A stretch of 64,000 nt of DNA from Leptospira sp. (GTDB lineage: Bacteria > Spirochaetota > Leptospiria > Leptospirales > Leptospiraceae). How positions within the stretch are numbered: position 1 is the first letter of the stretch; the number at the start of each line of letters is the position of its first letter. Both the position numbers and the translations under genes were made by a program. The notes under the pieces were generated by a model that saw only the letters and a program-made list of their open reading frames with translations, had not been told where the DNA came from and made no database searches. Location: assembly GCA_034439575.1 (NCBI GenBank), contig JAWXAQ010000033.1, positions 260,967 through 324,966 of the forward strand. Direction: 5' to 3'. Below, one piece after another: positions 33,002-44,489 of this stretch.

Positions 33002-35055
33002 TGGGATTGTACCAAGATATAAAAGAAAATACCGAATTATTCTCTGCCGTTGAAAAACGATTAGGGTCAGAAAAGGTAATGCTTGTCAAAAAAGCCTACG
33101 AAGTCGCAGAGCGCATGCATTCAGGACAAAAACGCCTGTCAGGTGAACCGTATATCATTCATCCTATGAATGTGGCTTCCATTCTCGACGAATTGGGTTT
33201 AGATGAGCGAGCGATTTCGGCAGGTCTCTTGCATGATGTGGTCGAAGATACTAGTTATACGAAAATGGATATGACTAGTGAATTTGGTATTGATATAGCT
33301 GACCTTGTTGAAGGTGTGACAAAAATTTCAGAAATTAAATCTCAATCAAAAGAATCAGAGGCAGCAGAAAATATCAGAAAGATGTTACTTGCGACGATCA
33401 AAGATGTGAGAGTTATGCTAATTAAATTAGCTGACAAAACACATAATGTTCGCACCTTAAAATTTCAACCCGAAGAAAAACAAAAACGAATCGCCAAAGA
33501 AGTATTATCTCTCTATGCACCGATAGCAGGAAGACTCGGGGTTTACAAAGTAAAATTTGAATTGGAAGATTTGGCATTTCAAGCAATCCATCCAGAAGAA
33601 TACCAAGAAATTAAAAAGCGTGTCGCAGCTAAAAAATCTGAACGCGATGAGTATATAGAAAAAATAAAAATAATACTAAAGCAACGATTAGCTGAAATAA
33701 ACATTGATGCAAAAATAGATGGAAGGGCTAAACATTTTTATTCAATTTATCGCAAAATGGTGACTAAGGAAAAATCATTCTCAGAAATATTTGACTTACG
33801 AGCCTTAAGAATCATTGCAAATGAGATTAAGGACTGTTATGGGGTCTTGGGTATTGTTCATACTCTTTGGACTCCCATACCTGGAAGATTCAAAGACTAT
33901 ATCGCCACTCCGAAAACAAATCTCTATCAGTCTTTACATACCACAGTTTTTGGACCAGATGGTCGGCCTATGGAAGTTCAAATAAGAACTAAAGAGATGA
34001 ATGCGATCGCTGAAAATGGTATTGCAGCCCATTGGGCTTATAAAGAATCGACTAACATATCAAAGACTAGTGTCGCAATGCAACATGGTTTGGAAAATGC
34101 ATTTCGTTTAAAATGGCTCGAAGTTTTAAAATCTTGGCAGGATCCAAATTTAGATTCTAAGGAATTTTTGGAAGAATTGCAATACGATTTGCATGAAGAT
34201 GAAGTTTTTGTTTTCACACCTAAAGGTGAGATCATGGAGATGCAAAAAGGAGCAACCATATTGGATTATGCTTTCCGCATTCATACTGATGTCGGCTTAC
34301 ATGCAAGGGGCGGAAAGGTTAATGGACGTATGGTGACACTTCGCACTGAACTAAAATCAGGTGATCAAGTTGAGATTATTACCGAAAAAAATTCCAAACC
34401 CTCACCAATTTGGCTAAGAATTGTTAAAACAGCATCGGCTAGACAAAAGTTAAGACAGTATTTTCGAAAAATTCAAGAAGAATCTCAAAAAGAAACAATT
34501 GCTTCTGTTTTAGAACATCAATCCACAATGTATGATGAGAATGCGATTAAAGAAATTAAAAAGGTTAAAATCAAAAAACCTTCAAAGTCTCATCCAAATA
34601 AAAATGAACCAAAGGAATACGGTGTTTCGGTTGCGGGTTGGAATGATGTTCCCGTTCGAATGGCCTCCTGTTGTATGCCCATTCCTGGGGATGAAATATT
34701 GGGATTTATCACTCGTGGACGTGGTGTGAGTGTTCATAAAAAAGATTGTGAAACTGCCAATAAACAATTGGAATGGATGAAAACTATTCCTGTTAGGTGG
34801 GAAGGGCCTGGCGAACCGATACCAGTTCAAATCGAAGTGAGAGCAAGGGACGTACAAGGAATTTATCTTTCAATGGTGGAATGCATTTCAAATACAGAAA
34901 CAAATATTTTGGAAGCAGGAGCTAGTTCTCATCCTAATGGAACTTTAACTGCAAAATTTATGTTAGAAGTGGAACACTTAGATCAGCTCAAGGAAATTTT
35001 AGAGAACCTACGATTGATTGGTGGTGTGATTTTTGCTGAAAGAGTTAAAAAATAA
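33001..35055 (+). CDS. spoT: Bifunctional (p)ppGpp synthetase/hydrolase (Rel/SpoT)
   Basis: HSGQKR.SGEPYIIHP, LLHDVVEDT (HD), GRAKHFYSIYRKM, YQSLHT, EVQIRT, TGS (DYAFRIHT), C-terminal ACT. Confidence 0.95.
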   Translation: MGLYQDIKENTELFSAVEKRLGSEKVMLVKKAYEVAERMHSGQKRLSGEPYIIHPMNVASILDELGLDERAISAGLLHDVVEDTSYTKMDMTSEFGIDIADLVEGVTKISEIKSQSKESEAAENIRKMLLATIKDVRVMLIKLADKTHNVRTLKFQPEEKQKRIAKEVLSLYAPIAGRLGVYKVKFELEDLAFQAIHPEEYQEIKKRVAAKKSERDEYIEKIKIILKQRLAEINIDAKIDGRAKHFYSIYRKMVTKEKSFSEIFDLRALRIIANEIKDCYGVLGIVHTLWTPIPGRFKDYIATPKTNLYQSLHTTVFGPDGRPMEVQIRTKEMNAIAENGIAAHWAYKESTNISKTSVAMQHGLENAFRLKWLEVLKSWQDPNLDSKEFLEELQYDLHEDEVFVFTPKGEIMEMQKGATILDYAFRIHTDVGLHARGGKVNGRMVTLRTELKSGDQVEIITEKNSKPSPIWLRIVKTASARQKLRQYFRKIQEESQKETIASVLEHQSTMYDENAIKEIKKVKIKKPSKSHPNKNEPKEYGVSVAGWNDVPVRMASCCMPIPGDEILGFITRGRGVSVHKKDCETANKQLEWMKTIPVRWEGPGEPIPVQIEVRARDVQGIYLSMVECISNTETNILEAGASSHPNGTLTAKFMLEVEHLDQLKEILENLRLIGGVIFAERVKK

Positions 35056-36445
35056 ACCATTGCGCTTTATATGCTGTTAAGCGAAAAAAAAGTCCATCTT
35101 TTTGTGAATTTGAATCTGGTGCTGGAAAAGTTTGCCCACCCACAATATCAAATAAATCAATTTTTGGAAAATACTTATCTTCTAACATTATTTTTCCTGA
35201 AATTTCATAGTTCATAGGATTCCAAATAAAAAGCTCAGAGTGTAAAGCACTTTCCAAAAGGTAAACTAAAACGTCTCCATCACCAAATATGTGATATGTT
35301 GGCGTAAAACGATAAAGAGATCCATTTCTAGATTTGAGTGCTTTAAAAACACGAATATAGAATTCGAAATAATTGTGATCAGTTTCTTCCCTGTCTCTTT
35401 TGCCCAATTGAATAGGTAATTTGATTTTAAATCCTTTTTCTTGGTCTTGGTAATAAAGTTGAATGCCTGGAAGAAAACATAACAAACTAAAAAAATCGAG
35501 TGTAGCAAAACCAAAATGTTTTGCAGAACGATCTTCATCATGGTTTTCTATAAAACGAATGCTCTTCGATTGATAGTTTGTGTCTGCATTTAAGTGTGCT
35601 TTGACGGATTCACCATTTTTTAAAGTTAAACGATCATATAATGTTTTATCATACGTGCCATCAAATCCTAGAGTTTGCAATTCATACTCACGATTCCAAT
35701 AAGCTTCGGCATAAAATTTAAAATTTGGATACTGGGATTTAACAGTTTCAATTAAGGATTTCCAATAAGGTATACCAGGCTTATTGTGAGTCGCTGTAAA
35801 AACATCGGGTAGAGCGAGCATTGCCATATCACAACGAACACCATCACAAAGTTTGGCGATACTTAAAAGTATTTCTATATGGAGATCAAGAGTTTTTACA
35901 TTTGAAAAATCCCATTGCACTGTATCGGTCCAACCATCAAAATATGGGTCTCTCCCATGCGCAAAAACTTCACCACTTGAATGAAGAAAATGATTCTTGT
36001 CAGGTACTTGACCTTTTAAAAAACATTCACTATGGGAATTTAACAATGGTGTGTCGAGTGACATATGATTTGGGACAAAATCCAGTATCAATTGTTTCTG
36101 GTTTTCTAATAGTTGATTTCGAAAGACTAATATTTCTTCGTTCGATGTTAAAATTGGATTTAAATTATAATTATAGATAGCATAGGGAGAACTAAGGATA
36201 TCATCCTCTTCTAAATTTGATTTTGCTTTTTTAAACTCATCGCGGAGTCCAGGGTGAGAGCGAGCAATCTTTTCTGATCCTGGACTCATCTCCCAAATAC
36301 CCATCAACCAAATCTGATTCGCCACTTGCACTGGATCAGATTCCCAAAACTGATGTCCTAGTTTGCCAATGCGGCAATCATTTTCCGAACAAAAAATCCT
36401 TGAGTGGATCTCATACAACCAGGTTTGATGGAAGGGAAGTTTCAT
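35045..36445 (-). CDS. GH13 alpha-amylase family glycoside hydrolase
   Basis: LDFVPNH, DGVRCDMA (nucleophile), AEAYW (acid/base), FIENHDE. Confidence 0.88.
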   Translation of the reverse strand: MKLPFHQTWLYEIHSRIFCSENDCRIGKLGHQFWESDPVQVANQIWLMGIWEMSPGSEKIARSHPGLRDEFKKAKSNLEEDDILSSPYAIYNYNLNPILTSNEEILVFRNQLLENQKQLILDFVPNHMSLDTPLLNSHSECFLKGQVPDKNHFLHSSGEVFAHGRDPYFDGWTDTVQWDFSNVKTLDLHIEILLSIAKLCDGVRCDMAMLALPDVFTATHNKPGIPYWKSLIETVKSQYPNFKFYAEAYWNREYELQTLGFDGTYDKTLYDRLTLKNGESVKAHLNADTNYQSKSIRFIENHDEDRSAKHFGFATLDFFSLLCFLPGIQLYYQDQEKGFKIKLPIQLGKRDREETDHNYFEFYIRVFKALKSRNGSLYRFTPTYHIFGDGDVLVYLLESALHSELFIWNPMNYEISGKIMLEDKYFPKIDLFDIVGGQTFPAPDSNSQKDGLFFRLTAYKAQWFIF

Positions 36446-36462
36446 TTACGGTGACGTAAATT

Positions 36463-38295
36463 ATGACAAAAGGAAGTGGAATGCGCAAGTCTCTTTTTCG
36501 AGTTTTAGTAATAACAGCAAGTCTCGCAATTTTTTTTAACACGTGCACAGATAGCGATAGTGGCAATGAGGGCGTCATAAAGGTGACCGATGTAGAATGG
36601 AAAGGTGATCCTGCATCCATCCCACAAGCCCTACGAAGTGTGAATCCGATTGCTAGTCCTGAGGCAAAAAAGGGAGGGCGTATTCGATTTTATTCCCACC
36701 AATTTCCAAAATCACTTAATTATTATTTAGACCAATTCACAACTACTGCCCGAATTTTTACTTCGTTATACGAACCTCTCACCGCTTATGATCCCATTAC
36801 TTTGGAGACAGTCCCTTATTTAGCAAAATCTTGGAAGATATCGTCTGACAAGCGTAAGTTTACATTTTATCTAGATCAAAATGCCATGTGGTCAGATGGA
36901 AAACAAGTAACAGCTGATGATGTGATTTTTACTTATGATACGATTATGGATCCAAAGAATGCAACGGCTGTTTTCAGAATTTCACTTTCACGTTTTGAAA
37001 GGCCCAAAAAAGAAGATGAATACACTGTAACATTTGAAGCCAAAGAAGTACATTGGAATAATTTTAATGATATTTCTTCTTCGATTTTCATTATACCAAA
37101 ACATTATTTTCAAGGAAAAGATTTTAATAAAGAAAACTTTGAGTTTCCGATTGTTTCGGGACCTTATAAAATCGTGGAATCGAAAAAATCAAGATATATT
37201 AAATTAGAAAGACGTGGCGATTGGTGGCAAAGAGCTTATCCGTATAACAAAGGTAAGTATAATTTTGACCAAATTGTCTATAAAGTCTTTAATGAAGAGG
37301 CAGTAGCGTTGCAAGCCTTCAAGAAAGGTGACATGGATATTTATCCAGTTTATACGGCTCATATTTGGGTGGAAGAAACGAAAGGTGAAGCCTTCGATAA
37401 AAATTGGATTGCTAAACAAAGAATTTTTAACTTGAAGCCTGTTGGATTTCAGGGTTGGGCTATGAATACACGAAGAGAAATTTTTTCTGACAAACGCGTT
37501 AGAGAAGCCATTGCACTCCTCGTTGATCGTAAGTTAATGATAGACAAACTCGCCTTTGGTGAATATGATCCGACTAATAGTTATTATCCTGATTTTTATT
37601 TGGGTTCAATTAAAAATCCAAATCCACCTGTAGAATTTAATATAAAAAAAGCGCGCGCTCTTCTAGCGGAAGCTGGATGGAAGCCAAACCAAAAGGGAAT
37701 TTTAGAAAAAAATGGAAAACCATTTACTTTTACTATATTAGACAGAGATAAAAAAACAGAAAAATATTTTACCGTATTTCTCGAGAAAGCGAAGGAAGTA
37801 GGCATTTCTGCAAATATCGACACATTGGATTTAGCGGCTTGGAGTGCCAAAGTTGATAAATATGATTTTGATATGACCTGGGCTGCTTGGGGTTCTGGTG
37901 TATTTAAAGATCCTGAATCACAATGGCACTCAAAGTATGCTGAGGAAGAAGGTCAGCCAAATTTACCAGGCTTTAAGTCATTGTTAGTTGATAAACTCAT
38001 TGAAAAACAAAAAACAGAATTTAATTTAGATGTCCGTAATTCAATTATTAAAGAAATTGATAAATTGGTGTATAAGGAGTATCCCTACGTTCTGCTTTGG
38101 CACCTACCGAGCGTAAGATTATTGTATTGGCGAAAATTTGGGCAACCGAAACTTCCTTTAGGTGTTTATGGCGATGAAAGTTTTACGACAGATTTTTGGT
38201 GGTATGATGAAGATAAGGATCTTAAATTAAAATCAGCTGTTGATAAAAAAACTTCGCTTGATCCATACCAAGCAGTGATTAAGTGGGAAAAATAA
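36463..38295 (+). CDS. ABC transporter peptide-binding lipoprotein (family 5; OppA/YejA-like)
   Basis: Lipobox FFNT-C, AKKGGRI, LYEPL, LAKSW, A.WSDGK.VTADDV.FT, SGPYK, FSDKRVREAI. Confidence 0.9.
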   Translation: MTKGSGMRKSLFRVLVITASLAIFFNTCTDSDSGNEGVIKVTDVEWKGDPASIPQALRSVNPIASPEAKKGGRIRFYSHQFPKSLNYYLDQFTTTARIFTSLYEPLTAYDPITLETVPYLAKSWKISSDKRKFTFYLDQNAMWSDGKQVTADDVIFTYDTIMDPKNATAVFRISLSRFERPKKEDEYTVTFEAKEVHWNNFNDISSSIFIIPKHYFQGKDFNKENFEFPIVSGPYKIVESKKSRYIKLERRGDWWQRAYPYNKGKYNFDQIVYKVFNEEAVALQAFKKGDMDIYPVYTAHIWVEETKGEAFDKNWIAKQRIFNLKPVGFQGWAMNTRREIFSDKRVREAIALLVDRKLMIDKLAFGEYDPTNSYYPDFYLGSIKNPNPPVEFNIKKARALLAEAGWKPNQKGILEKNGKPFTFTILDRDKKTEKYFTVFLEKAKEVGISANIDTLDLAAWSAKVDKYDFDMTWAAWGSGVFKDPESQWHSKYAEEEGQPNLPGFKSLLVDKLIEKQKTEFNLDVRNSIIKEIDKLVYKEYPYVLLWHLPSVRLLYWRKFGQPKLPLGVYGDESFTTDFWWYDEDKDLKLKSAVDKKTSLDPYQAVIKWEK

Positions 38296-38298
38296 AAT

Positions 38299-39399
38299 AT
38301 GATTGATGGCGAAGACAAACCTTCACGGCTTCGTCAATTACGCGATAAGGTTTCCTCGCTATGGACTGGTAACCAAACATGGAATAAGTTACCTCAGTTC
38401 TTAGAGCTTTTGGAACGAGGACTTGATAAGGAACTATTCCATGATTTTGAAAAAGATGATCAAAATACTCCGATTCCTATCGAAGATTTGCCTGTTGACG
38501 AGGTGCTTCGTCAATCAGGGCCATTTCGGAAATTCTATGAATGGGCATTTCCTGTTTCGCATGTATTTCGCATCACACATAGATATCATCGTGAATTTTT
38601 AGACAATTTTTTGCCACTGGCTAACGAGGATTATATCGGTCGTGGTTCATATAAATTCGTATATAAACTGCCATGGAACCAAGTAGTTAAAATCGGAAAG
38701 TCAAAGTTACCTTCCGATTCTATTTTTGGAAGTTTGTATAAAGAAGTGGGTCGAGACCTGCCAAAGTATTTAAAAAAAGAAGAAATTGCACTCAAAGACT
38801 ATTTACAAAAACGAACATTATTTGAATCCACTCGTGACGAAATAGAATTCAAATTTCGAAGATTGGGTCTGGAAAGATTGCATTATTGGAAACTAAAATC
38901 CTTGTTAACTGACCTTGTGATCCCAACGAGATTTTTTATGGGTTATCGATTTAGAAATACACCATGGAAGGTACCAACAGTCACTCTAACTCCCTGTGAC
39001 CAACAACCTTTACTTGCTGGAAAACATTTGAAAGAATTTACGATTAAGAATGAAAAATTGAATCAAGGTGCTATATTAGACAAATTATTTCCTAAATGGA
39101 AATTGAATTTTAATTCGCAAAGATTTGGTACTGTTTCCAAATCTCAATTAAAAAAAATCGCAGTAGATTTCAATAGAGTCATTGAAGCCACAAAGTTTTT
39201 AGCTAATGAAGAAAAGTTGATTTTTGACGTACATTCTGAAAATATAATTATTACATTACCAGATTTTGAATTGAAAATATTCGACTTTCACTTGTTTGAT
39301 GACTATTTATATGAACCATCCGAGGAAAATCCCACTCCAGAAATGGACCATATAAATCTTATTAATGAATTCATTCGTTCATTTGAATTAGATAAATGA
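38299..39399 (+). CDS. Hypothetical protein with protein-kinase-like motifs
   Basis: IGRGSYKFVY (Gly loop), VVKI (beta3 Lys), DVHSENII (catalytic loop), IFDFH (DFG-like). Confidence 0.7.
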   Translation: MIDGEDKPSRLRQLRDKVSSLWTGNQTWNKLPQFLELLERGLDKELFHDFEKDDQNTPIPIEDLPVDEVLRQSGPFRKFYEWAFPVSHVFRITHRYHREFLDNFLPLANEDYIGRGSYKFVYKLPWNQVVKIGKSKLPSDSIFGSLYKEVGRDLPKYLKKEEIALKDYLQKRTLFESTRDEIEFKFRRLGLERLHYWKLKSLLTDLVIPTRFFMGYRFRNTPWKVPTVTLTPCDQQPLLAGKHLKEFTIKNEKLNQGAILDKLFPKWKLNFNSQRFGTVSKSQLKKIAVDFNRVIEATKFLANEEKLIFDVHSENIIITLPDFELKIFDFHLFDDYLYEPSEENPTPEMDHINLINEFIRSFELDK

Positions 39400-40997
39400 A
39401 ATTTATTTTAAAACACATTTTTACAATAATTTCAATTATCGTTATACTAATTTCCTTAAATGAAGCATGGAAGTTGCGCTGGTTATGTGATGATGCCTTT
39501 ATCAGTTTCACTTACGCTAGAAATCTTTTCGAAGGGAAAGGTCTAGTATTTCAATTAGGTGAAAATGTGGAAGGATATAGTAATTTCCTTTGGACAATTA
39601 TTTTATCATTTTCACTTTTTTTCACAAAAAATATAATGTTAACTTCCCAAATTTTAGGAATCATCTCATACGTTTCACTTTTAATTTATTTTTATATTAA
39701 AGAAAGGACACTTCGTCCATTTGCAAATTTGCCTTTGTTCTTATTGCATTTGTCTTTTTTTTACCATGCTTGGGTTTTTGCCACATCAGGCCTAGAGACA
39801 ATGATGTATACATTATTTGTTACCATGGGACTTGTTGAATGGCGAAATCAAAGTATGGGAGAAGGTGAGAGTAAGATAAATGATACAAATCGAAATCTAT
39901 TGATAGGATTTTTATTCTTATTAGCAAGTATCACACGGCCTGATGGAGCTTTATTTTTGGGATTCTTTTTTGTTTCGCTGTGGAAAATGAAGAAGAAACT
40001 GAGCACCTATCTCCCGATTGTTGGATTCATTTTTTTTCTAATTTGGCGATATAATTATTATGGTGATTTTTTACCAAATACGTATTATGCGAAAGCCGAC
40101 TCACGTTCCTATTTTTCACAAGGATTGATGTATTTTTTATATTGGATGCGTGTTTATCCGATGTATTTTCCCTTATTGATGATTTCGATTTTTTCCTTAT
40201 TTAGGTTGTTCACTAATAGATTAGGAAATATTGCATTAGTTCTTAGTGTACATAATTATATTTTTTATGTGATTTATGTAGGTGGTGATTTTATGGCGAT
40301 GCGATTCTGGTTGCCGATCATCCCTTATTTGTCATGGCAGGTTTATATAGAATTTTCAAATAAAATGGATTCTCTGCAGATCGAATCAAACCAAATTACG
40401 ACTGTTAATCGAATCATAACAAAGAACCTGGTGCTATTACAATTTTTATTCATTATATCATTAGCAGTTTATCTTGATCCATTTAAAAATCAGGAAAACA
40501 ATAATATTCTTATCAATGAAATTGGAGAAGAAAGAAATTTTTATAAAAATTCCCTAGCTTCTGGATTAGGTTATGATTTGGAAGCCTTAAACAATTTCAA
40601 AGTAGCATTTTTCGGAGCCCAAGCACATTTTATTTTTTTTATGCGTCCAATGTATGCATGGGAAGCAGAAACGGGTTTGACTGACAAGGAACTTGCTCAT
40701 AGGAAAAAACTAAACTTTGGCAGAATTGGGCATAGTAACTCCGGTAATGTGGAAGGCTTAAAATCTAGAGATATTGAATTGATCTTAGACAACAGATTTC
40801 CAGAACAAAACTTTCCCGAGATCCAATTTACATTTAGAGATTTTCAGTGGAAAATATATGTACGAAAATATAATCCAGAAAAATTCCAAAAACTTTGCCA
40901 AAGGCCAGGCTGGAATTGCCAATCATTCTATGCGTATTTGAATGAAAATAAATTCAATTCATCTTATGATCACGTATTTGGTAAGTCTGAAAATTAG
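39396..40997 (+). CDS. Polytopic membrane GT-C glycosyltransferase-like protein
   Basis: WLCDDAFISFTYARNL..G.GLVF..GE.VEGYSNFLW, TSGLET, TRPDG, YYGDFLPNTYYAK, GGDFM; many TM segments. Confidence 0.8.
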   Translation: MKFILKHIFTIISIIVILISLNEAWKLRWLCDDAFISFTYARNLFEGKGLVFQLGENVEGYSNFLWTIILSFSLFFTKNIMLTSQILGIISYVSLLIYFYIKERTLRPFANLPLFLLHLSFFYHAWVFATSGLETMMYTLFVTMGLVEWRNQSMGEGESKINDTNRNLLIGFLFLLASITRPDGALFLGFFFVSLWKMKKKLSTYLPIVGFIFFLIWRYNYYGDFLPNTYYAKADSRSYFSQGLMYFLYWMRVYPMYFPLLMISIFSLFRLFTNRLGNIALVLSVHNYIFYVIYVGGDFMAMRFWLPIIPYLSWQVYIEFSNKMDSLQIESNQITTVNRIITKNLVLLQFLFIISLAVYLDPFKNQENNNILINEIGEERNFYKNSLASGLGYDLEALNNFKVAFFGAQAHFIFFMRPMYAWEAETGLTDKELAHRKKLNFGRIGHSNSGNVEGLKSRDIELILDNRFPEQNFPEIQFTFRDFQWKIYVRKYNPEKFQKLCQRPGWNCQSFYAYLNENKFNSSYDHVFGKSEN

Positions 40998-41000
40998 TTT

Positions 41001-41786
41001 ATGCAGAATGATTCCAAATTAATTAGTTTGCCATATGGCAATATTCGAATGTTTACATATGGGAAATTCCATTGGGAAAAAGTTTTTCCGAAACATGAAT
41101 ATCCAGATAATGATTTAGAATGGGATAGGAAGACGAAAGAATTGGTTTCTTATTTTACGAATCTACCTGTAGATCATATTTTTAATCTAAAACAAGTTCA
41201 TGGGAAAGAAATATTTCAAATCAAAGATAAAGCCTTTTATCCTTTATCTGAACAAAATTCAAAAACTGATCTTCGAATGTATGATGCAATAACTCATTCT
41301 ACTCCTTTGGAAGGAGATGGGCTTTATGCAAAAGAAAAGCATATAGCACTTGTAATTCGGACTGCTGATTGTGTTCCTGTATTCCTTTATAGTGAAAAGC
41401 GTCCGCTTATAGCCGTATTGCACTCAGGATGGAAAGGGACTGTACTTGGCATCACTTCCACATTCATTGCGAAACTTTTGAGTGAAGGGATTACGGAAGA
41501 AGAACTGCATGTGTTTTTTGGTCCGAGTATAGCAAAGGAACATTATATGGTTCAAGATGATGTCGCAACGCATTTCAAGAATTTTTCAGAAGATGTTTTG
41601 CAAAAAGAAATCGGACTTGGTTATTTTCTGGGAGTGAAAGATGCCATTGTCTCAAGGCTTAAAAAAGAATATCCTTTGATTAAAATAGATTCACATAGTG
41701 AAGATGTATTCCAGTCAAAAGAATATTTTAGTCATAGATCAAAAGACAAAGGTCGAAATATGAATGTTATACTCTTGGAATCTTAA
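41001..41786 (+). CDS. pgeF: YfiH/PgeF family (polyphenol oxidase-like, purine nucleoside phosphorylase/peptidoglycan editing)
   Basis: QVHG, GDGL, RTADCVPV, HSGWKG, GPSI, YFSHR. Confidence 0.9.
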   Translation: MQNDSKLISLPYGNIRMFTYGKFHWEKVFPKHEYPDNDLEWDRKTKELVSYFTNLPVDHIFNLKQVHGKEIFQIKDKAFYPLSEQNSKTDLRMYDAITHSTPLEGDGLYAKEKHIALVIRTADCVPVFLYSEKRPLIAVLHSGWKGTVLGITSTFIAKLLSEGITEEELHVFFGPSIAKEHYMVQDDVATHFKNFSEDVLQKEIGLGYFLGVKDAIVSRLKKEYPLIKIDSHSEDVFQSKEYFSHRSKDKGRNMNVILLES

Positions 41787-42177
41787 GAAGTACTTCTTTG
41801 ATTTTTTCTAATACTTTTTCTCTTTTGATCGGCTTTATCATATATTCCATGGCTCCGTTTTCCATTAAACTCTTCACAACACTCGGGGTATTTTCTTCGG
41901 AGATAAACATAATGCGAGGTAAAACACCAATATCTTTCATTTCCCAAAATGCCGCATAACCATCTACTTCTGGCATAAATATCTCTATGGTGATCAAATC
42001 CACTTGTTGTTTGAACTCTTTGTACAATTTTATGAGTTCTTTGCCAGTTTCTGCAATGCCAATGATTTTAAAACCTTCCGATTCTAAAATTTGTTGTAAT
42101 TGTTTTGCTTGGAATTTTGAATTTTCCGCAATAATGATGTTATATGGACGACCTGTAGGTGCTATTCCAGCTTGCAT
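41767..42177 (-). CDS. Single-domain CheY-like receiver with Glu at the phosphoacceptor position
   Basis: IIIAENS, DLITIEIFMPEVDG, MFIS, YMIKP. Confidence 0.85.
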   Translation of the reverse strand: MQAGIAPTGRPYNIIIAENSKFQAKQLQQILESEGFKIIGIAETGKELIKLYKEFKQQVDLITIEIFMPEVDGYAAFWEMKDIGVLPRIMFISEENTPSVVKSLMENGAMEYMIKPIKREKVLEKIKEVLLKIPRV

Positions 42178-42198
42178 TTGATTTTTCCGTCCTATACC

Positions 42199-44485
<2,287 letters not shown>

Positions 44486-44489
<4 letters not shown>

